Source of the DNA: Syncephalis fuscata S228
Taxonomy: Eukaryota > Fungi > Zoopagomycota
Assembly: GCA_025786725.1 (NCBI GenBank)
Contig: JAHLTZ010000004.1
Coordinates: 310,001 to 374,000 of the forward strand
Direction: 5' to 3'
DNA length: 64,000 bases
The notes below the pieces were generated by a model. That model saw only the letters and a list, made by a program, of their open reading frames with translations, made no database searches and was not told the DNA's origin. Of the stretch, positions 40,420 through 51,139 are shown piece after piece. Position 1 is the stretch's first letter. The number at the start of each line of letters is the position of its first letter. Made by a program: the position numbers and the translations under genes.

Positions 40420-41666
40420 TTAGCTCGATCCACCAATGATTGTACTATTCATACGCGAATATTCTTCAATTTTGTTAATAAGATTGGATACTTGCTGACG
40501 ATAGACTTCTTTCATATCTACAATATCCGCCTAATTGATTTAATTAATTAACAAATATGTAATATATAACATTATAGTGTCCTGATTATTATTACCTTTA
40601 ATTCGGCAATCTCTGTCGTTTGCTCTTTAATCTGAGTCTGTGCCGACTCATATTCATTGCGTAATTTAGCTTGTTCAAACTCGATTGTTTCCAGACTCGT
40701 CGTTGTATCATCAAGCTTTTCGGCACGACGGGTCATTTCAACCAATTGATCAAGCATTTCCTCTTTGCTTCGACTCATCTGTTGCAACTTGGCTTGCAGC
40801 GCGGTCACCTGTCCTTCAAGTCGTCGTATATTTAATGTTGCTGGATCGGCACTAGTGCCAGATCTTACACTATCCATACTTTGACGTGGATTACTTGTTA
40901 GTGTCGATATGCTAGCCCGTCGTTCTTGTTCCGTCTATTAATACAATTATATAAGTAAATAAATAAAGTGTATTATTGATAGTAATTGATTATTTACCTC
41001 ATTAACAGTCAAAGATGTAGCTGTCGTATCAGACACCACATGATTCAATGATGGTGATAATGCTATTATATTTGGTGGTAAATCACGATCATTATTGCTA
41101 TTAGTTAATTTTTGATCAGGTGATGTAATGGTTATTACTGAAGTTCTAGTCTTTTGTTCCTATCAATGCAATATTATAATATATAATTAACTAATTAACT
41201 AATACAGTAGATTAATAATAAATGGTCATTACATTAAGTTGTTCCGTCATTGCAGCTATTTGTGCTTTATGTTGCTGTTCATTGGTCGTCAAATTCTTTT
41301 TTAATTCGGCCATTTGTTTTTCTAATTTCTCTTTTTCTTCTAGTTGTATCTTTATTGTTACGATATATACATATACATATACATATTAGTATTGATTTGT
41401 ATAATAGTAATCAAGTCACCTTAATAGTATCGGCTAGTTGAGCCTCTTTTTTTAAATGATGCTTATCCATTAATTGCATATTCTCCACTTCTTTAGTCTA
41501 ATAACATTGATAGTAGTGCATCATAGTAAGTTTGCATAACTATAATAAACCATCGTATAACTCACAAGTTCTAGTAATCTCCGTTCCATGCTTAATTTAC
41601 TATTTCGTTCATTGGTAGATTGCCGTTCCAACTTTACAATATTGCCTCGTAATCTAATGATTGATA

Positions 41667-41699
<33 letters not shown>

Positions 41700-43871
41700 T
41701 AGAACCTACTCAAATTCTATTTGTTTCCACATCTGTTGACTATCTGCATGTTGTACACATAATGCTTCCATTTCTTGTTTTAATGCACTAATTGGACTAT
41801 CCAATCCATCCACCGATGATCCATCAAATCGTGTTTCAGCCTCTTCAAGACGAGTACGTAAACGCTGTATAAATAGCATTGTATTAGTAATTAGTACATA
41901 TAGATTAAATATATTCATGTTTACTCTAATCTCATCTCTTAGCGTATCTTCATGATTGGCCATATCATTCTCGGTTCTTTTTAAAGATTCTTGTAATAAT
42001 GCAATCTAATTAACCAAACATTTAATTAGCTATTACTTCAATGTTATTCATTAGCAATCGATATAATACCTCAGATTTCAGTAATGTCTTTTCTTCTTCA
42101 AACTCTTTTGTTTTCTTAATTAGTTGTTTTTCAAATGCTTCAGCTTTACTTTTCTACAAAACATTACATTATATTTCTATTAGCTAACAGCATGGTTACT
42201 TACCTCTTTAACCAATGCTTCACTATCTAATCTAGTTTGAATATTGCGACTTGCTTCTTGTTCTCGGTTTAATTGTTCTGCAAACTTTCTACTGATGCCT
42301 ATTAATTATCATTACTATACCTATGGATTGTATCTATGCATTATATCAACAGTACAATATTTACCTGTAGCACCTGTTTATTATCCTTTAATTCTATATT
42401 CTCTGCCTCTGTTGCTTTTCGCTTTTTAGCCATCTGTTCATAGCTTTGTCTTAATGTCTTTAATTGTTCTAGTTATTCATGGTTATCAACTGGTGTTAAA
42501 TAAAAGTATGCGACCTACCAACCAATCGTTTCTCTGCATCAGCAGACTGAGTTACTTTCTGTACATGTTTTGCCGCTTCTTCTTTACTTGTTGTAAGTTG
42601 TCGGCGTAAATCAATTATTGTCTTTTCAGCATCATTAAGCTGAGTCTGCAGCTTCTTTACGCTATTGTTGGCTTTTAACTCTTTCTTAGCTAGAATCTCT
42701 CCTATAATAGAAATGTATTAACATTAATAACATTTAAAATGATTCACCATTAACATACCTTCTTTTAATAATCCACTAATTTGATCACTCTTTTGGGTCA
42801 GTTGATTTGTTTGTTCGTCAATTGTCCGTTGTTGTAATGTTAATTTTACTTCACTTTCTTTCTATTGCATTGTCAATATAGTAGGATATAGTATACATTT
42901 AACTACCTACAAGCTGTTCAATTTGGGCCTCTAATGTACGAATACGATCACGTAGCCATAAATTCTCCTCATCTACCATTTCATTACTATGACTATCTTC
43001 ATTTGAATTGCTCTTTGTGTTCATAACCTCTATAACTGCCTCTTCATTATTCGATTCTATTTCCTTTTCAGTCACTATTTCTGCTTTATCGCTATTTGTT
43101 TCTTCTAATGGTTCGGTTGCTATTTCTACAGATAATCTATCATTTTTAATTAAATCCTTTTCATTTAACTTATTTTCCTCATCATTGGCAGTAGGTGTTG
43201 TAGCTTTAGTTTCATTTACAACTTTCTCTTCTTCTTCCTCTTCTTCTCTTCCTCTCCTTTCTTCTCTTCCTCCTCCTCTTTTAATTTCGTTTGTTTATCA
43301 TCTTCACAGGGTGATGATTCATTTGATATATCCTCCCCTTGCATCATCATCATTTCATTTTTGACTGGTTCAATCTGTTCTAGCTTATTTGACTGACGGT
43401 CTACACTTTTTGATGAAGACATGGATCGACGTGGTGTGTTGTCACTCGAATCAGACACGTTACCATCTGGTGCCCGTCGTCCTAATGAATTCTTTACCGT
43501 TGCTTCTAATCGACGTGCCAAGCGTGTATCGCTTTCTGCTCGTTCCATCGGGGCTGGACTGTAACGAGCTGGCACACTTGTCGCTATAATAACATTGCGA
43601 CCGTCTTTATTACTACTATTTAATTCAACCGATTATTTAACTTACTTGAAGCAGGCCGTGACGCAGGCACGTCCAATACACGGTCAATATGCTGTTCCAT
43701 CGAAGATACCGCTTGACGAAATAATCCAGTCCAATTGGACTTTCCAGTTGAAGAAGGTGGAGAGCTTGTTGCTGCCGCTGCCGCTGCTACTGTTGCTTGT
43801 CCGTCTTCCGATATGGCCGGTGACGCACTTCGACTTGTTGGCAAACTGCCAACCTCTTTAGGTGCGCTCAT
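40420..43871 (-). CDS. SGM1: TMF1/Sgm1 Golgi coiled-coil protein, multi-exon; at least one apparent frameshift in the E/K-rich exon
   Basis: N-terminal WTGLFRQAVSSMEQHIDRVLD; LLKE|GEILAKKELKANNSVKKL; C-terminal IRRLEGQV..ELK|ADIVDMKEVYRQQV. Confidence 0.82.
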
Positions 43872-44577
43872 ACCAGCAATACCAATAGTATCTGTTATAC
43901 TCGCGCAATAATAAAACCACTACTTGCTAATTCACCTGCTGCCAAGTAGTTAAACAGTAACTAGCGTAGGTATAGAAAGCGTCGAGTAGAGTGAATAAAT
44001 GAGTAATTTGCTATACGAATAAAAGAGATGACAAAACATTATTGGTCTACAAGGACTGGTCACCAATAAAGATACCATTAAATCTGAGTATATAATCTAA
44101 TGGTTGATATTTACCCCCCCCCCCAAAGCAGCAAATCGTTTTACGCAATCGATCGTAATGAGTTGATTAGATTAAATTGTATTTAAATCATCATTCATAA
44201 TAAATATTAATAAATGTAACAACATTATCACTTTCATAAAATAAAATAAAATGTAGCAGAATATTGTATTAGTAATAATGTTAAATATTGAAATAAAACC
44301 TACATTTGCTATCCAAACAGTCTTCTAAGAGCCTGAATCTGCCCCTAAAAAGTCACACTTATTGCGCCATATTATATGGCTACTAGAGTAATACCATAGA
44401 TCGTGTCATTATGGTTGGTTCTATATACAAAGGATAGTTTAAAAATGGTATATATACAAGGCGTAGTTTAGAATAGGTATGTTTATAAGTATTTTATATA
44501 ACATTCAATAAACACTGTTGCTTATATACTAAATCTAATGCTTACAACTTTAGTTGTTAATTATAATATCATGTTTT

Positions 44578-44871
44578 ATGATAATGGCATTTGTTTATGC
44601 ATTGATATTCATCCTTCTTATTTTACCAGCGCCATTGTTCTATGAATATATTTGGATTTATTGTTTGTTGTTTGTCATTCTTATTACATTTATTGTTTTA
44701 CTGTTGACATTGTTCTGTGAATATACTTGTCTTTATTGTTTGTTGTTTGTCATTCTTATTACACTCGTTGTTTTACTGATGACATGTTCTATAATTATAT
44801 TTGCTTTTATGCTATTGATTTTTATTCTTTTTTTATTCTACCACTTGAACAACTCTTTATCGATACTTTAA
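44578..44871 (+). CDS. Possible small, very hydrophobic protein with an internal 75-nt (25-aa) duplication
   Basis: Open frame with EY..YCLLFVILIT twice; TATATATA about 125 nt upstream. No recognisable family. Confidence 0.25.
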   Translation: MIMAFVYALIFILLILPAPLFYEYIWIYCLLFVILITFIVLLLTLFCEYTCLYCLLFVILITLVVLLMTCSIIIFAFMLLIFILFLFYHLNNSLSIL

Positions 44872-44959
44872 TTTGTTCATAGTCTTTTTATATACAATGC
44901 CACTCGCTTTATGGATTATATATATTACATTATTTATTAGTCAAATAAAAATAACTATT

Positions 44960-46095
44960 TTTATTAAATCATCAAATCATTAAATTGTATTATGATTTGG
45001 GGGTCAAATGACTATTTTTAATAGCATTCGCGTAATTGAACTACACATTCAATCTATTGAACATGGGGACAAGTGGTGAGTTTGATTTAATCGTCACATC
45101 ATCACACTTATTGCTTTTGGGGACAAATGACTAATATTTAATAACACCCAATCTATTGAACATGATGATGGGCGGTGAGTGACATCAATTATCAAATACT
45201 CATTATTGTAGATTCATTATCTAATATGCATGTATCATCACAATATGTGTTATTACTATGTATACCCATCATTTTACTTGATCAACATTAAAATCATAAC
45301 TAACTGACACGACCTAGTTTATTTATAACTAATCCTAATAAAACATAACTCCGTTCATATTCATATTATTTGTTTTACCAATATAACTCAGTGAACAAAC
45401 TAAGTGCGATATGTCAATTTTATTAATAAAAGAGTTGGAACCATATTGACAACGGCTATAGACAGCGTATAGCCAATATATAATAAAATGATAAACATTA
45501 TACTAAATACACAATATTGAACGAGATTAGCAATGTTAAAGTTATTGAGCATATATGCATGAGATAACCGACATTAGTCAAACTTTCTTAATAATAAAGC
45601 TAGAACTGAACGTACAACTGCAATAACTAGCGCATAGTTACTAGACAATAAAATGATATACAATAATATTAATATGCAATATTGAACGAGATTAGCAATG
45701 TTGAAGTTATTGAGCATATATACATGATCAATGAGCGAAATTAGTCGAACTTTCTTAATAATAAGGCTAGAACAAAAATAAAAACAGTTTTGGGTAGAGC
45801 AAGACTATGAGAGTATATAATGATATATGAAATGATAAGTGTACGGTAAGAAAGTACATAAAACAATGTTGAAGCTATAGGGCATATAATGCAACGAGTG
45901 GAATGAGTGAAGTGTGTTGCTGCATATAATAAATAGAATATGCTTAGTATGGAATAGAATGATATACAATAGTGTGTGACGGAATGGGAATGATATAGAT
46001 AAATAAAAGATATATGCATACTGGATATATGCATACTAATAATGAATCTATGATGATGAGTATTTTGGACCCTGACGTCATTCATCATTCATAAT
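44960..46095. mobile_element. Non-autonomous element with long inverted ends (copy A) carrying a hydrophobic ORF at 45741-46088 (-)
   Basis: 45150-45562 is nearly identical to 48800-49210. The right end (about 46010-46090) is a degenerate inverted copy of the left end. Internal tandem duplication with a 162-bp period (about 45510-45770). Confidence 0.6.
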
Positions 46096-46531
46096 CATAT
46101 TATAATGATTAGTAAATTATTTAATTAATAAATGATTAGTTAGTATGTGCAAATATAATAATTGTATAATATTTATTATTACAATTCACTTTATTAAATG
46201 CAATAAAGTATATTGATCATATTGTTGTTGATTAAGAGATGCAAAAGTATAAACCTTTGCATCTACTTATTTAGTAGCTATGTGCTTTTATTTAATGCTT
46301 TGCTCTGATATTGTTTGGTAATATCAGAGCATAATAAGTTATTAATTAATAATAAATAATATATTATTAAATTGATTTAATATAACTTTAATCTTGATGA
46401 TATCGCACCAAGTACTGGTTTGTTGGTATTGTTGTGATGGTATACCACCGTTTATTGGTGGCGGTATACCACCACATATAAATATGATGGATACTGCTAC
46501 AACTGCTGTATCACATTACTTACTTATTTAA

Positions 46532-47830
46532 AATGGCGATTAGTGTGTTAGCGGCCGGCTACCTACAATTCTAAAATAATAAACACAATGTTAGTACGTT
46601 AGTAGACAATTGTCTTGAATTGTTATTGCATATTTGGTTTTAGTGTGCTAGCGGCCGGCTATTTATAATAATACTTACACTAGGTGTCCGTGGCCGGCTA
46701 TCTAAAATCTAAATAACAAAATAACGTTAGTATGTTAGTATTAGTGCCGGTGTTGGTGTTGGTGCCGAGGTTGGTGCTGGTGCTGGTGTTGTTGGTGCCG
46801 GTGTTGCTGGTTTTGCTAGTGCTGGTGTTGTTGGTACTGGTGCTGGTGTTGGTGCCGGTGTTGCTGGTGTTGGTGCCAATGGTGTTGGTACTGGTGTTGA
46901 TGTTGGTGTTGGTGCTGGTGCCGATGTCGGTGTTGGTATTAGTACTAGTGTTGGTGCTGGTGTTGGTATTGGTATTGCTGATGTTGATGCTGGTGCTGGT
47001 GTTGTTGGTGCCGGTGCCGATGTTGATGTCGGTGTTGCTGGTGTTGATGTTGATGTTGGTGCTGGTGCCGATGTCGGTGTTGGTGTTGGTACTGGTGTTG
47101 GTATTGGTGTTGCTGGTGCTGGTGTTGTTGGTACTGGTGCTGGTGTTAGTGTTGGTGTTGACGCCGATGTTGCTGATGTTGGTGTCGGTATTGGTGTTGC
47201 TGATGTTGGTACTGGTGCTGGTGCTGGTGCTGGTGTTGTTGGTGCCGGTGCCGGTGTTGATGTCGGTGTTGCTGGTGTTGCTGGTACTGGTGTTGTTGGT
47301 ACTGGTACTGGTACTGGTGTTAGTGTTGGTGTTGGCGCCGGTGTTGCTGATGTTGGTGTTGGCGTTGCTGGTGCTGGTGCTGGTGTTAGTGTCGGTGTTG
47401 CCGGTGTTGGTATTGGTGTTGCTGATGTTGGTGTTGTTGGTGTTGGTGCTGGTGCCGATGTTGGTACTGGTGTTGGTGTTGATATTGGTGCCGGTGTTGA
47501 TGTGGTGCTGGTGTTGATGTTGGTACTGGTGCTGGTGTTGATGCCGGTGTTGGTACTGGTGTCCAGCTATCTAAAATCTATAATAATCAATAAATGTTAG
47601 TGTTAGTATCCGGTATCTAAAATTTATAACAATATATATAAAGTTAGTATGTTGCAATGTTGTGTAGCCGGCCGCTAGCACACTAAAACAATTTGGTGAT
47701 TTTTATTTATAATATAAAGCTGTAATTATCAATACAGGTTAGTAAGTTAGTGAACTAAATCTAAAGTCATCAATATAACATTGATTGTTATATTGCTTGG
47801 TAGCCGGCCGCTAACACACTAATCGCCATT
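46532..47830. repeat. Foldback structure: nested perfect inverted repeats enclosing a hexamer array
   Basis: 46532-46563 is the exact reverse complement of 47799-47830 (32 bp). 46637-46661 is the exact reverse complement of 47665-47689 (25 bp). Both carry the core GCGGCCGGCTA. Confidence 0.9.
46738..47561. repeat. Degenerate (GTGYTG)n hexamer array, about 820 bp
   Basis: GTGTTG/GTGCTG/GTACTG/GTGCCG units; the minus strand reads PAPTP-like or TSTNT-like depending on frame. Confidence 0.95.
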
Positions 47831-48373
47831 GTCCTTGAACTTGATACTTGATGGCTTGTAAATCTAAAGTATTATATGCAGAGTTAGTGACTGATTTAAG
47901 CTAGTTACTTACCATTGTATAATCAGTGTATCATAAAGAAGGACCGGTAAGTGGTTTGTTAAAGTGAAAAGGGAAAGAGAAGAAGAGCTGCCAATGCAAC
48001 ATCGTGCTAGCAGGTGTTTACAGGCAGTGCATATAATGGCACTGCTGTATGGCCAGTACAGAGTGCTACTATATGCTACTACCGTAGCTAAACACACTAT
48101 TGCTAGCACGGTGAGCAATGGAAGGTATAGAGATAATGATGAGGAGAGGGTGAGAAAGGAACAGTATATGCTTGGTAGCATATATCTAGCATACACTGTT
48201 GCTAGTACGGTAAGTAATGGAAGGTTAGAGAAGAAGAGGATGAAGAGGAAGAGGAAGAGGAGGAGAAGGAGGAGGAGGACGAGAAAGATAACAACAGTGT
48301 ATGTTTGGTAGCATATATCCAGCATAGTTAGCATACTAGTAGCTGCCCACAAGGCAAAACGATACCGCTAGCA

Positions 48374-48397
48374 CTGCTGTATGGCGCCATACAGCAG
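48374..48397. other. Perfect 24-bp palindrome
   Basis: CTGCTGTATGGCGCCATACAGCAG equals its own reverse complement; a degenerate copy lies near 48042. Confidence 0.9.
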
Positions 48398-48761
48398 GGC
48401 GGTATGTAGTACCGAGACTAGGCATGCTTATACTAATAGACTAACAATGACATATAGCAAGCAAAGCATATACCGGACTTATGGAAACAAGTGCAAGTGG
48501 GGAAGGTGGCTAGTGGATGAATGCTGTTAAGTGTGGTGGAAGAGAAAAAGGAAGGTGTGACGTAAATCGTGTGTTATGCGATCGGCAGACTGTTTTTATA
48601 GTGTGGGTGCAAATGCTGATGTAATAAAAATAAACAATTATTGTGATTGGTGCCAATTGACTTGTTTGACAGCACTCGCCCAGTCAAACTAAACGTTTAT
48701 TTTATTGAACATGGGACCGAGTAATAATTTTATTAAATCATCAAATCATCAGATTATATTA

Positions 48762-50062
48762 TGATTTGGGTGCCAAATGGCTATATTTAATAACAATTAA
48801 TCTATTCAACATGATGATGGGCGGTGAGTGACATCAATTATCAAATACTCATTATTGTAGATTCATTATCTAATATGCATGTATCATCACAATATGTGTT
48901 ATTACTATGTATACCCGTCATTTTACTTGATTAACATTAAAATCATAACTAACTGACACGACCTAGTTTATTTATAACTAATCCTAATAAAACATAACTC
49001 CGTTCATATTCATATTATTTGTTTTACCAATATAACTCAGTGAACAAACTAAGTGCGATATGTCAATTTTATTAATAAAAGAGTTGGAACCATATTGACA
49101 ACGGCTATAGACAGCGTATAGCCAATATATAATAAAATAATAACATTATAATGAATACGCAATATTGAACGAGATTAGCAATGTTAAAGTTATTGAGCAT
49201 ATATGCATGATCAATGAGCGGAATTAGTCGACATTTGCTAATAATAAAGCTAGAACAAAAATAAAAATAGTATTGAATAGAGAAAGGCTAGACAAGTATA
49301 AAATAATATAGAATAAAATAAATGTATAATAAAAAAGTATGATAATTGGTGTTGAAGTTATAGTGCATATAACGGAGTGAGGGAAATAAGCATTTGTGCA
49401 AGCATTTGTTTACTGGTATATATTTATTATTAATACGCATATATCATTATTACGATACTATGTTATTGCTGTTTACGCTGTTTTATTTCTAGCTTTCTTC
49501 TCTATTTGCATACGCATCAATTCATCGCGTTTTTATTTTGTTTGAACTTGTTGTTACTGTGGATATCCATTAATCTACTCTACTACCATCAAATTCATAG
49601 CCAATTCACATTAACTGATTTGTTTATCAAATAATAGCACGGTACATATATGCATGAGCAAATAAATGTAATAATCTAAATTTATTAGTAACCAAGCTAG
49701 TATTAAATAAACAGCAGTTTTAAATAACGTGTTGATACTATACAATATAATGATATAAAGTAGAATAAATGTACGATAGACAAGCATAAATAACGCTGTT
49801 GAACCTATAACGCACATAATGCAATAAGTAAACTGAATGAAGTATATTGGAACATATAATAAACAGAATGTGTCTAGTATATCATAGAATAATATATAGT
49901 AGTGTGGGGCATATTGGGAGTGATATAGGTAAATGGTGGACATATGTATACTGGATAATAAATCTACATTGATGAGTATTTGATGATTGATATCACGCAC
50001 CACCCACTATCATGTTCAATAGATTGGATGTTATTAAATGTAGCCACTTAGTACCCAAATCA
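48762..50062. mobile_element. Non-autonomous element with about 125-bp terminal inverted repeats (copy B) carrying a hydrophobic ORF at 49611-50003 (-)
   Basis: 48762-48885 (TGATTTGGGTGCCAAATGGCTATATTTAATAACA...TCAAATACTCAT) aligns with the reverse complement of 49939-50062. No TSD seen. Confidence 0.7.
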
Positions 50063-50209
50063 CACTCTAATTAATAATTTAATTAGATTGTATAATAATG
50101 TTGAATGACACACAATATTTTATATGATGATGCAGTTTATTTAACTCAACTAACAAGCACTAAAAGTTAAAAGTTAAAAATGAAATGATACATAGCATGT
50201 ATATATTAG

Positions 50210-50352
50210 CGCAACAACAACGATTGCGGAATGGTATAAAATCAATCATATGGCTTCTATTAATATTCAATTAATCTTCATACACATAGCCAACAATGAT
50301 TGGTCTTAAATGTTTCAAGAAAATCAAATGATATGTTACACTATTTATTTGA
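50210..50352 (+). mobile_element. Decayed Fanzor 3' fragment (lineage A, copy 3)
   Basis: NNNDCGMV*..NHMASINIQLIFIHIANN; inverted relative to copy 4. Confidence 0.65.
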
Positions 50353-50369
50353 AAGATTATGGTTGCATT

Positions 50370-50768
50370 TTACTTTGCTCCCACATCTGTTCCCAAAGCA
50401 CAATTCGCTCCAATCAAAGTTATGCCATTATGATGCACAACATAGTTATATTACTTTCTATTAAAATATTGTTAATAAATTGATTAAATAAATAATGTGA
50501 CATACTGTTTAATTCTATTGAAACGTTTGAGGTCGATTACTGTTGTTGCTAGTCATGCGTAGAAAGATTGATCGAATATTAATAGAAGCCATATGATCGC
50601 AATTCCATGTCATTCCGCAGTCGTTGTTGTATCTATGTACAGTGTGAATTATTGCATCTAAATGGTCTTTTCTATTTTCTAATATTTTAGTATTGCATTT
50701 GGGCATATTTGTAATGTAAGATCAAGATTAATATAATTGTTATAAAGTCATTTATTATCCAGCCACTT
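50370..50768 (-). mobile_element. Fanzor 3' fragment (lineage A, copy 4, best preserved) with downstream non-coding tail
   Basis: QICP.CNTKILENRKDHLDAIIHTVHRYNNDCGMTWNCDHMASINIRSIFLRMTSNNSNRPQTFQ* (ORF 50515-50706). Confidence 0.75.
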
Positions 50769-51139
50769 GATAATAAAATCCCATTTATTGCTTTTGGAGC
50801 TGCTCAATTTGCCATTTCTATGAAAGACAAGGTTGCTGGACTGGCCAATCGTTGCAGAAAGGTGCTCAAAACTGCTGAGCAGCAAGAACTTTTGGTGATT
50901 GTAGATATTGACGAATACAATACATCAAAGTCTGTTCCAAATGCAAGAAAAAGGAAATGGCAGGTTTACATTTGGAAAAACACAACAACACAATGCATAG
51001 CGTACTTGTTTGCCAAAGCAATAATTGTCATAAGATATGGCAGTGTGATGTTAATCGCAGCAGAAACATGCACAGTATATTCAGCACAATGGCCAGTGGT
51101 AAACCAAAGCCTTCTGATTTTTACCATCTATTAATATAA
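50769..51139 (+). pseudogene. 5'-truncated Fanzor1-like RNA-guided nuclease gene (lineage B): RuvC-II Glu, zinc finger and RuvC-III Asp
   Basis: PFIAFGAAQFAISMKDKVAGLANRCRKVLKTAEQQELLVIVDIDEYNTSK(V)CSKC...MHSVLVCQSNNCHKIWQCDVNRSRNM..ASGKPKPSDF, joined by a single 1-nt deletion at 50930. Confidence 0.82.

Noticed and set aside
46732-47517. 261-aa poly-Val/Leu ORF on the + strand
   Set aside because: By-product of the GTGYTG array; implausible composition, and the flanking splice signals are on the minus strand.
47909-48352. Overlapping ORFs of 147 aa (-) and 115 aa (+)
   Set aside because: Driven by a GA-rich low-complexity tract, with non-ATG starts and no recognisable motifs.
45150-49210. 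LTR retrotransposon
   Set aside because: No gag/RT/integrase, TG...CA ends, PBS or TSD could be identified.
50769-51139. Intact, active Fanzor nuclease at this locus
   Set aside because: Only about 120 C-terminal residues are present; RuvC-I, WED and REC are missing and the RD.NA motif has drifted to CD.NR.
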